A DNA stretch of 13,224 nt, taken from contig JAPDJF010000029.1 of NCBI GenBank assembly GCA_029259185.1, forward strand, positions 1 through 13,224, in the 5' to 3' direction. A model generated the notes under the pieces. It was not told the DNA's origin. It searched no databases and saw only the letters and a program-made list of their open reading frames with translations. This document shows positions 6,693 through 13,224 of the stretch, in pieces. The position numbers were made by a program, and so were the translations under genes. This DNA comes from Hadesarchaea archaeon. Its GTDB lineage: Archaea > Hadarchaeota > Hadarchaeia > Hadarchaeales > WYZ-LMO6. Position 1 is the stretch's first letter. The number at the start of each line of letters is the position of its first letter.

Positions 6693-8600
6693 TCACCTCT
6701 TCGCACGGGGTCTCGTTCCTCTGGGTGGAGAGGGAGGAACAGGCTCTCCGGAAATTTTCTTCACGGCATTGAACGCACAGACTTCATAACAAGTTCCACA
6801 CTTGGTGCACTTGTCCTGATCGATACGATGGATCTCATCCTCACCACCCTCAACGGCTCCGACCGGACAGTTCTTGAGGCACGCCCCACACGCCTGGCAT
6901 GCTTCGGGGTCTATATAGTACGCTATGAGGCTCTTGCACACCTTCGCCGGACAGCGTCTCTCCCGAATGTGGGCCTCATACTCGCTTCTGAAGTACTTTA
7001 AAGTCGTGAGCACTGGGTTGGCGGCCGTCGTCCCTAAAGCACACAGTGAAGTCTCCTTCATCGTCTCAGCTATCTCCTCGATGAGCTTCAGATCTTCATC
7101 TCGTCCTCTCCCCTCACATATGTCTGTGAGAATGGAGTGCAGGACTCGCAATCCTTCCCTGCACGGAACGCACTTCCCACACGACTCCTCCAAGAGGAAA
7201 CCAACGAAAAATCTGGCTATGTCGACCATACACGTATCCTCATCCATCACGATCATCCCGCCTGAACCCATCATCGAACCAAGTTCGACCAACCTATCGA
7301 AATCGACAGGCGTGTCCAGGTATTCCTCCGGGATCACGCCCCCAGAGGGCCCACCGGTCTGAACTGCCTTGAATTTCTTCCCACCCTTGATCCCCCCTCC
7401 TATCTTGTAAATGATGTCCCGGAGTGTAATACCCATGGGAACCTCCACGAGTCCTGTATCGTTCACTTTGCCAACGAGCGAGAATATCTTCGTGCCCTTG
7501 CTTTTCTCCGTCCCGATCGATCGGAACCAGTCAGCACCATGCTCGATGATGAGGGGAACGTTGGCCCATGTCTCCACATTGTTCAGACAGGAGGGCTTCC
7601 CCTTGATCCCGCTCACGGCCGTGTGGATGTATTTCATTCTCGGTTCCCCAACCCTCCCCTCGATGGCATTCATGAGAGCCGTGGATTCCCCGGAAACGAA
7701 GGCCCCGGCTCCCCTGTGAACCCTAACGTGAAAATCGAAGCCAGAACCCAAGATGTTTTCCCCCAAAAGTCCATACTCCTCCGCCTGTTTAATAGCGACC
7801 TTGACATTCTCTACTGCCAACGGATATTCTTCACGTACATAAATGAACCCCTCGCGAGCGCCGATAGCGTAGGCACCTATTATGAGACCCTCCAAGACCC
7901 GATGGGGGTTCCCCTCCATCAACGATCGATCCATATAGGCACCGGGATCACCTTCATCGCAGTTCACTATGACGTACTTGGGTTCCCCAAGAGCATTGCG
8001 TGCCGTCTCCCATTTCTTCCCGGCTGGGAAGCCACCTCCACCCCTTCCCCTCAAATCGGCTTTCTTTATCTCCTCGAGAACTTGCTCGGGGGACATCTCA
8101 AAAAGCGCCTTAGCGAGTGCCCCATACCCACCTGAGGCTATGTAATCCTCTATGCTTTTTGGATCCACCTGCCGGTTGAGACCGAAGACTATCCTTTTCT
8201 GATACTTATAGAACGGTATCTCTGACTCCCTCGATATTCTCTCTTTTCCCGGCCCAACGTAAAGCAAGCGGCTGATGATCCTGTTCTCCTTCACGGATTG
8301 AACGATTTCGGGTACATCTTCGGGCCGAACACGGACATAACAAATCTCTTGAGGATAGACCACCACGAGAGGCCCCTTCTCACAAAAACCGTGACAGCCC
8401 GTCTTCTTCAGCTCGACCTCGGCATCCAAACCCCTCTTTCTGATTTCCTCCTCTAAAGCCACCGCGACCTGTCTGGCCCCAGAGGCGCTGCAGGCTGTGC
8501 CCGAACATACCGTAATCCGGGGTTTATTGGGATCCCTTTTCGCCAGTATTTCCTTTCTCAACTCCTCTAGGTCGGCTCGAGAATTCAGGCGTGGCACCAC
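6693..8600 (-). CDS. NuoF/HydB-like FMN, NAD(P)H-binding subunit with an N-terminal [2Fe-2S] domain and a C-terminal 2x[4Fe-4S] domain
   Basis: Motifs CSGTAC..GCHGFC, LRGRGGGGFP, NCDEGDPGAYMDR, GGPSGG, ESCGKCVPCREG..SLCALG, HIRERRCPAKVC and two CxxCxxCxxxC. Confidence 0.95.
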   Translation of the reverse strand: MVPRLNSRADLEELRKEILAKRDPNKPRITVCSGTACSASGARQVAVALEEEIRKRGLDAEVELKKTGCHGFCEKGPLVVVYPQEICYVRVRPEDVPEIVQSVKENRIISRLLYVGPGKERISRESEIPFYKYQKRIVFGLNRQVDPKSIEDYIASGGYGALAKALFEMSPEQVLEEIKKADLRGRGGGGFPAGKKWETARNALGEPKYVIVNCDEGDPGAYMDRSLMEGNPHRVLEGLIIGAYAIGAREGFIYVREEYPLAVENVKVAIKQAEEYGLLGENILGSGFDFHVRVHRGAGAFVSGESTALMNAIEGRVGEPRMKYIHTAVSGIKGKPSCLNNVETWANVPLIIEHGADWFRSIGTEKSKGTKIFSLVGKVNDTGLVEVPMGITLRDIIYKIGGGIKGGKKFKAVQTGGPSGGVIPEEYLDTPVDFDRLVELGSMMGSGGMIVMDEDTCMVDIARFFVGFLLEESCGKCVPCREGLRVLHSILTDICEGRGRDEDLKLIEEIAETMKETSLCALGTTAANPVLTTLKYFRSEYEAHIRERRCPAKVCKSLIAYYIDPEACQACGACLKNCPVGAVEGGEDEIHRIDQDKCTKCGTCYEVCAFNAVKKISGEPVPPSPPRGTRPRAKR

Positions 8601-8601
8601 A

Positions 8602-9228
8602 TCACCTATAGGATCTCACCACTTTCTCCACATTCCTGACGGTAAGGTTGCCCCAGTAATCTCCGTCGACTACCACCACGGGTCCCAACGCACAGCAGCC
8701 CAAGCAATTCACCGTTTCCAAAGTGAATCTGAGATCGGGCGTTGTCTCCCCGGCCTTGATTCCCAGTAACCCCTCGAGCCTCTCCAGTATCACGGGGGCT
8801 CCCCGAACTTTACACGAAGTTCCCATACACACTCTTATCTTGTGTTTGCCCACAGGAGCCAAAGAGAATGCTTTATAAAAGGTGGCGACTTGGTATACCC
8901 GGGTTAGCGGAACACCTAACTGTTTGCTGACCTCCGAAAGCACCTCCCTTGGAATCCAGCCGAAATTCTTCTGAAAGGTTAAAAGGATTTGAATCAACAT
9001 GTTCTCATCGTAACCGAATTGAGAAACCACGGTGTTGACGATTTTTGCTATCCCGGTCAAGTTCTTCGAATGCTCTTCGAGCCCGATCTTCCCTAACTCC
9101 CCGGTTTGGTCAACTTTCTGATTGGGAATCCTGACTTTGTAGTGGCAACGTGGACAAGTGGCGTAGAACGCGCTTTCACCCCGATAATTCCACCTGTAAC
9201 CACAATGGTGACACCCCAACTCCACCAT
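8602..9228 (-). CDS. NuoE/HydC-like [2Fe-2S] subunit with an N-terminal Zn-ribbon fusion
   Basis: Motifs VATFY, CMGTSC and CLGCCALGP, plus an N-terminal CHHC..CPRC. Confidence 0.92.
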   Translation of the reverse strand: MVELGCHHCGYRWNYRGESAFYATCPRCHYKVRIPNQKVDQTGELGKIGLEEHSKNLTGIAKIVNTVVSQFGYDENMLIQILLTFQKNFGWIPREVLSEVSKQLGVPLTRVYQVATFYKAFSLAPVGKHKIRVCMGTSCKVRGAPVILERLEGLLGIKAGETTPDLRFTLETVNCLGCCALGPVVVVDGDYWGNLTVRNVEKVVRSYR

Positions 9229-9355
9229 CTTACCACTACCTACTTACTACCCACATGATTGTCTCCACTTTTTAACTTTATCCACAGGGGACAGGGGCTC
9301 TCGGGAGGGAGCCCCGAAGGTCAAAGGATGCTTGAGATCCTAGCCACGGGGACCG

Positions 9356-9371
9356 GTTAAGTTTTAATAAG
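9356..9371 (+). promoter_or_regulatory. TATA-like promoter for the metallophosphoesterase gene
   Basis: TTTTAATAA ~26 nt upstream of GTG 9397. Confidence 0.5.
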
Positions 9372-9396
9372 GGGCTTTTCTGTGTGATTTGTAGGG

Positions 9397-10071
9397 GTGA
9401 TTGAGTTGCGTATATTAGCTGTGGCAGACTTTCATGGAAAACCCGACAGCAAACTTAACCTGTCCAAATACCTTGACAGGGGGCCAGATTGCATCGTCAT
9501 AATCGGGGATCTTACCCAGTTCGGACCTGTGAGGGTTGGCGAGGAAATTCTGGAGCCGCTCAAGGACGTGAACGTGCCGATTCTCTGTGTTCCGGGCAAC
9601 TGTGACCCAAAGGAAATAGTGGGGGTTCTGGACAAATTGGATATAAACCTCCACGGGAAACGGGTTGAGATCGAAGGATTGACATTCATTGGACTTGGCG
9701 GATCGAATATCACTCCGTTCAATACCCTCTTTGAGTTCACGGAAAACGAAATATGGGAAGAACTCTCATCCCTCGTTAAAGAGAAAGATGATAAACTCAT
9801 ACTCGTTACTCACGCACCACCCTACAACACTAGAGTGGACGAGTGTCAAGGAGGAGCCCATGCCGGAAGTAAGAGTGTGAGGAGATTCATCGAAGAAAAA
9901 CATCCGCTCGTCAACTTATGCGCACACATTCACGAAGCTAGAAACATCGACCGGATAGGGAATACGCTACTGGTAAACCCGGGACCCATTTCTGAAGGAT
10001 ATGCGGCCTTGGTGGAGGTAAATGAGAAGGAAGTCAAGGCCGAGCTACTTGGGCTCTCTCGGGAGAGGTAA
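9397..10071 (+). CDS. Calcineurin-like (Icc-related) metallophosphoesterase
   Basis: Motifs ADFHG, GDLT, PGNCD, THAPP, AHIHE and VNPG. Confidence 0.92.
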   Translation: MIELRILAVADFHGKPDSKLNLSKYLDRGPDCIVIIGDLTQFGPVRVGEEILEPLKDVNVPILCVPGNCDPKEIVGVLDKLDINLHGKRVEIEGLTFIGLGGSNITPFNTLFEFTENEIWEELSSLVKEKDDKLILVTHAPPYNTRVDECQGGAHAGSKSVRRFIEEKHPLVNLCAHIHEARNIDRIGNTLLVNPGPISEGYAALVEVNEKEVKAELLGLSRER

Positions 10072-10112
10072 CCGCTTCGCTTTTTTGATCATAGACTGAT
10101 CATGAAGATACC

Positions 10113-11942
10113 ATGAAGAAGTTCTTCATAACCACAGCAATAGATTATCCATCCTCAAGTCCCCATCTGGGCCATGCATACGAAAAGATATGTGCCGACG
10201 TGATCGCGAGGTTCAAGAGACTCAAAGGTTTTGATGTCCACTTCAGTACGGGCACCGACGAACACGGGTTAAAGATCCAGAGGAGTGCCGAACGCGCAGG
10301 TGTGCCTCCTCAAGAATTCGTGGACAGAGTCTCATCCGAGTTCAGGCGCATGTGTGACGAGCTGAGGATATCGTACAACGATTTTATAAGGACTACGGAG
10401 AGAAGGCACTTCAAGACCGTCAGAGAGCTCATCGAGAAGATCGATCGGAACGGAGACATATACAAAGGGACGTACGAGGGATTCTATTGTGCAGAATGTG
10501 AAACTTTTTACAGCGAAGCTGAACTCGTGGATAGAAAGTGTCCGGTGCACGGAACGGAAACCGAATGGGTGAGTGAGGAGTGTTTCTTCTTCAGAATGGG
10601 AAAATACAAAGAAAGGATAGTAGAACACATCAAGAAAAATCCAGAATTTATTGAGCCGGAAAGCAGGAAAAATGAAATACTCAAGAGACTCGAGGCCCCT
10701 CTCAAGGACTTGTGTATATCTAGGACAGACTTCGAGTGGGGAATTCCCCTCCCAATGGATAGAAGACACTTGCTCTACGTCTGGATCGACGCGTTGATCA
10801 ACTACATCACCACAGCGGGATATCCCGACGAGCAGTTCTCCAAACGCTGGCCCCCCGACCTCCACCTGATAGGAAAGGACATAAGCTGGCACCACTGCGT
10901 CATATGGACCTCCCTCCTTTTTTCCCTCGGACTTCCCCTGCCTAAGAAGATATTTGTCCATGGATTCATCACTTACCGAGGTGAAAAACTGAGCAAAAGC
11001 AAAGGTGTAGTCCTAGATCCTTTCTATTTCATCCACACATACTCCTCGGATGCCCTGAGATATTTCTTGATAAGGGAGACCTCGTTCGGTCAAGACGGAA
11101 CCTTTTCTGAAGAGGCTCTCTGCTCACGGTTGAACGAAGAACTTGTGAGCACGCTAGGAAATTTCGTGCACCGTGTGCTAACTTTTACTTGGAATCATTT
11201 CGGGGGCAAAGCTCCAGCGGGAGAGGTGGACTCCAAGATCGAAACTGAGGTAAAGAGCCGCATCGAAGAGGTCGAGAGATTGTTAGAGGGACTCAAGCTC
11301 GGTCAAGCACTGGAACGTGCCATGTCGATAGCCAAGCTGGGGAATGAGTACTTCCAGTCAACGAGGCCATGGGAAGCCGTGAAAACCGAACCAAAGAGGG
11401 CTGCGGATTGTATTTTGACATGCCTCAATCTCGTGAAAACACTTTCCGTGATCCTCATGCCTTTCCTCCCATCGGCTTCAGAAAAAATTGCTGAGATGCT
11501 CAGACTCGGAGTGCTTGATCTGGAGAGTGCGAAAAGATTTGACCTGAGACCGGGTCATGCCATAAGTAAACCCTCGATCCTATTCAAGAAAGCCAGGCAT
11601 CCGTCCCCTCCTTTGAACCCTGTGAGCTTGGAGGAATTCAGCAAATTCGATCTCCGAATTGGCGAAGTTCAAAAAGCTGAAAGAGTTCCGGGATCCGAGA
11701 AAATGCTCAAGCTGGAGGTGAAACTCCACCACGACCTCCGCACGGTGATGGCTGGTATCGGGAAGAGCTATTCCCCAGAACAACTCATTGGAAAGAAGGT
11801 TGTGCTTTTAGTCAATTTGAAGAAGAAGAGAGTTATGGGTGTGGAATCGGAAGGAATGATCTTGGCAGCGGGTGATGATGAGGGGGAGCTCTCACTACTC
11901 ACCGTGGACAAGCCCGTAAAGGATGGGACGAAGGTGAGATAA
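10113..11942 (+). CDS. metG: Methionyl-tRNA synthetase with a C-terminal tRNA-binding (EMAP/Trbp) domain
   Basis: Motifs PHLGH, GTDEHG, FIRTT, a CAEC..CPVH knuckle, YVWIDAL and KLSKS; C-terminal DLRIG..SEGMILAA. Confidence 0.96.
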   Translation: MKKFFITTAIDYPSSSPHLGHAYEKICADVIARFKRLKGFDVHFSTGTDEHGLKIQRSAERAGVPPQEFVDRVSSEFRRMCDELRISYNDFIRTTERRHFKTVRELIEKIDRNGDIYKGTYEGFYCAECETFYSEAELVDRKCPVHGTETEWVSEECFFFRMGKYKERIVEHIKKNPEFIEPESRKNEILKRLEAPLKDLCISRTDFEWGIPLPMDRRHLLYVWIDALINYITTAGYPDEQFSKRWPPDLHLIGKDISWHHCVIWTSLLFSLGLPLPKKIFVHGFITYRGEKLSKSKGVVLDPFYFIHTYSSDALRYFLIRETSFGQDGTFSEEALCSRLNEELVSTLGNFVHRVLTFTWNHFGGKAPAGEVDSKIETEVKSRIEEVERLLEGLKLGQALERAMSIAKLGNEYFQSTRPWEAVKTEPKRAADCILTCLNLVKTLSVILMPFLPSASEKIAEMLRLGVLDLESAKRFDLRPGHAISKPSILFKKARHPSPPLNPVSLEEFSKFDLRIGEVQKAERVPGSEKMLKLEVKLHHDLRTVMAGIGKSYSPEQLIGKKVVLLVNLKKKRVMGVESEGMILAAGDDEGELSLLTVDKPVKDGTKVR

Positions 11943-12599
11943 ACGATCCGCCTCGATTTGCACGTCCACACGATTCATTCGTATGACGGATACTGTACTT
12001 TAAAAGAAATCGTGAAATTGATAAAATCTGCGGGTTTGGATGGATTCGCTATCACGGATCACGACTCGATAGAAGGTGTCAAAGAGATGGAAGGACTATC
12101 AACAACTGGCGACTTCATCATAATCCCTGGCATAGAAGTTACGACCAAACACGGGCACGTCTTGGGCTTGGGAGTGAGGGAACTCATACCAAAAGGGCTA
12201 CCTGCTGACGAAACGGTAGAGCTGATAAAGGAACGAGGGGGAATAGCGGTGGCTGCCCACCCTTTCTGGTTAACAGGCAAACCCGGACTCGTTCACAAAG
12301 CGAAATTCGATGCCATCGAATCTTTCAATTCGCGGGCTTATTTCCTAGCAAATCGGTTAGCATATGAATACGCCAAAAGGAACCGGATCCCGGTGACCGC
12401 CGGATCGGATGGTCACGCCCCGGACGAAATAGGCCTAGCATGGACATCCGTGAATTGTGGGAGAAACGCAGAAGAGGTTCTCGAGGAAATACGTTCAGGA
12501 AGGACCAAGACCTCCGGGAGGAACTTCCCATTTTTGTCGTATGCCAAGAGGGGCATCAAAAAGGGGATAATCTCACGTTGGAGGGGGGGCGGGAAGTAA
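11943..12599 (+). CDS. PHP domain metal-dependent phosphoesterase
   Basis: Motifs DLHVHT..SYDG, AITDHD, PGIEV, GHVL, AAHPF and AGSDGH. The conserved xIRLDLH lies upstream of the track start (TTG 11958), so the start is placed at ACG 11943. Confidence 0.88.
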   Translation, partial: TIRLDLHVHTIHSYDGYCTLKEIVKLIKSAGLDGFAITDHDSIEGVKEMEGLSTTGDFIIIPGIEVTTKHGHVLGLGVRELIPKGLPADETVELIKERGGIAVAAHPFWLTGKPGLVHKAKFDAIESFNSRAYFLANRLAYEYAKRNRIPVTAGSDGHAPDEIGLAWTSVNCGRNAEEVLEEIRSGRTKTSGRNFPFLSYAKRGIKKGIISRWRGGGK

Positions 12600-12627
12600 C
12601 CTTTCCCTAAGGAAAGGTTACTTCCCG
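12590..12627. terminator. Perfect 17-bp inverted repeat between convergent genes
   Basis: CGGGAAGTAACCTTTCC-CTAA-GGAAAGGTTACTTCCCG. The terminator role is inferred from position. Confidence 0.55.
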
Positions 12628-12647
12628 AGCTGGAGCGGGGTGGGGGG

Positions 12648-12845
12648 TTACCTTGAACTCTCCTTCTTGGAATACTTCATCAACCCATGGAACCCGCCGA
12701 TATTGCTCATCACCCAGTCGTGCACCATTTTCCGCACGACCTCGCTTCGATTGCTCCCATAACCCGCAGTGATGAGATCGTCTATCACTTTCAAATAAAG
12801 CCCGTCGATGAAAACGCGAACCTCGGCTTTTCTCTGCATGACCAA
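12648..12845 (-). CDS. CopG/Arc/MetJ ribbon-helix-helix DNA-binding protein
   Basis: Strand VRVFI followed by IDDLITAGYGSNRSEVVRKMV, the typical L..G...RSE.IR pattern. The start is 12845 or ATG 12839. Confidence 0.75.
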   Translation of the reverse strand: MVMQRKAEVRVFIDGLYLKVIDDLITAGYGSNRSEVVRKMVHDWVMSNIGGFHGLMKYSKKESSR

Positions 12846-12857
12846 ACACCCTTACCC

Positions 12858-12883
12858 TCCATCTACAATCCATCTACAATCCA
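12858..12883. repeat. Tandem 11-bp direct repeat (TCCATCTACAA x2 plus TCCA)
   Basis: Read directly. It lies between the RHH TATA box and start codon. Confidence 0.8.
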
Positions 12884-12897
12884 GTTAAACCCGAGGC

Positions 12898-12905
12898 TAT
12901 AAAAA
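12898..12905 (-). promoter_or_regulatory. TATA box of the RHH gene
   Basis: Minus strand AAACC followed by TTTTTATA. Confidence 0.6.
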
Positions 12906-12910
12906 GGTTT

Positions 12911-12939
12911 GCCTTTGGCCTTTGGCCTTTGACTTTGGC
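12911..12939. repeat. Short tandem repeat (GCCTTTG x3 plus a degenerate copy)
   Basis: gcctttg gcctttg gcctttg actttg gc. Confidence 0.7.
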
Positions 12940-13075
12940 AAAAACTTCAGAACCGGCAGACATAGGGCGAAAACGAGAGATTTCTTACCTTTCCCCTCCG
13001 ACTTGGGTGTGGGATTTGGGCCTGGTCACCGAAACCTAACATATCTTCACACGAAGACATGGTATGTTGGTTTTC

Positions 13076-13204
13076 AAGCTCCGCAGGAAGCGAAGCCCCC
13101 GGATACCAGGAATCTCCGGGTAGCCTCCGTTGCAGCTAACCGCAACTTCATCGTGCACCAAGCTTTCGGCCTGATGCAGGGCGGTAAGCCCGCTTCCCGC
13201 GCTT
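13076..13204 (-). other. Structured non-coding region, probably a 23S pre-rRNA 3' trailer/processing-stem arm
   Basis: Several G-U-containing stems on the minus strand, e.g. TGCATCAGGC-CGAAA-GCTTGGTGCA and GTTGCGG-TTAG-CTGCAAC, plus a box-C-like CGATGA. Confidence 0.5.
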
Positions 13205-13224
13205 AGCCAGCGCCTCGGACTTCC
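13205..13224 (-). rRNA. Probable extreme 3' end of 23S rRNA (partial)
   Basis: Minus strand GGAAGTCCGAGGCGCTGGCT resembles the recalled archaeal 23S terminus (..AGYCCGAGG..). Only ~20 nt are visible. Confidence 0.45.

Noticed and set aside
388-12531. Many antisense and alternate-frame ORFs (e.g. 388-1143, 7539-8135, 10332-10961)
   Set aside because: They are shadows of well-supported genes and have no motifs.
12922-13206. 94-aa plus-strand ORF
   Set aside because: It starts inside a tandem repeat and lies antisense to structured RNA.
13184-13224. RNase P RNA fragments (GGAAGTCC, GAAGCGGGCTTA)
   Set aside because: The two motifs are too close together, and the invariant AC of CR V is missing.
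1-13224. CRISPR array
   Set aside because: No regularly spaced 24-47 bp repeats were seen.

Overview
Archaeal chromosomal window, judged from the TATA-box promoters, GGAGG/AGGTGA ribosome-binding sites and an archaeal family-B DNA polymerase. A Hadarchaeota-like lineage is only a guess. From left to right: the start of a minus-strand ORF behind an IS6-like terminal repeat (probable mobile element, possibly TnpB-like); Mrp/NBP35 ATPase; DUF364 protein; PolB; an unannotated ~230-nt highly structured RNA with its own TATA box and T6 terminator immediately upstream of polB; an amidohydrolase that has lost most catalytic residues; an orphan NuoE/NuoF/NuoG-like (HydCBA-type) Fe-S flavoprotein module with a Zn-ribbon fusion and an NADP-type substitution; a metallophosphoesterase; MetRS; a PHP protein; an RHH protein; and probably the last bases of a 23S rRNA with its structured trailer. 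The most interesting signals are the candidate novel ncRNA (4287-4519) and two genes whose only well-placed start codon is ACG.
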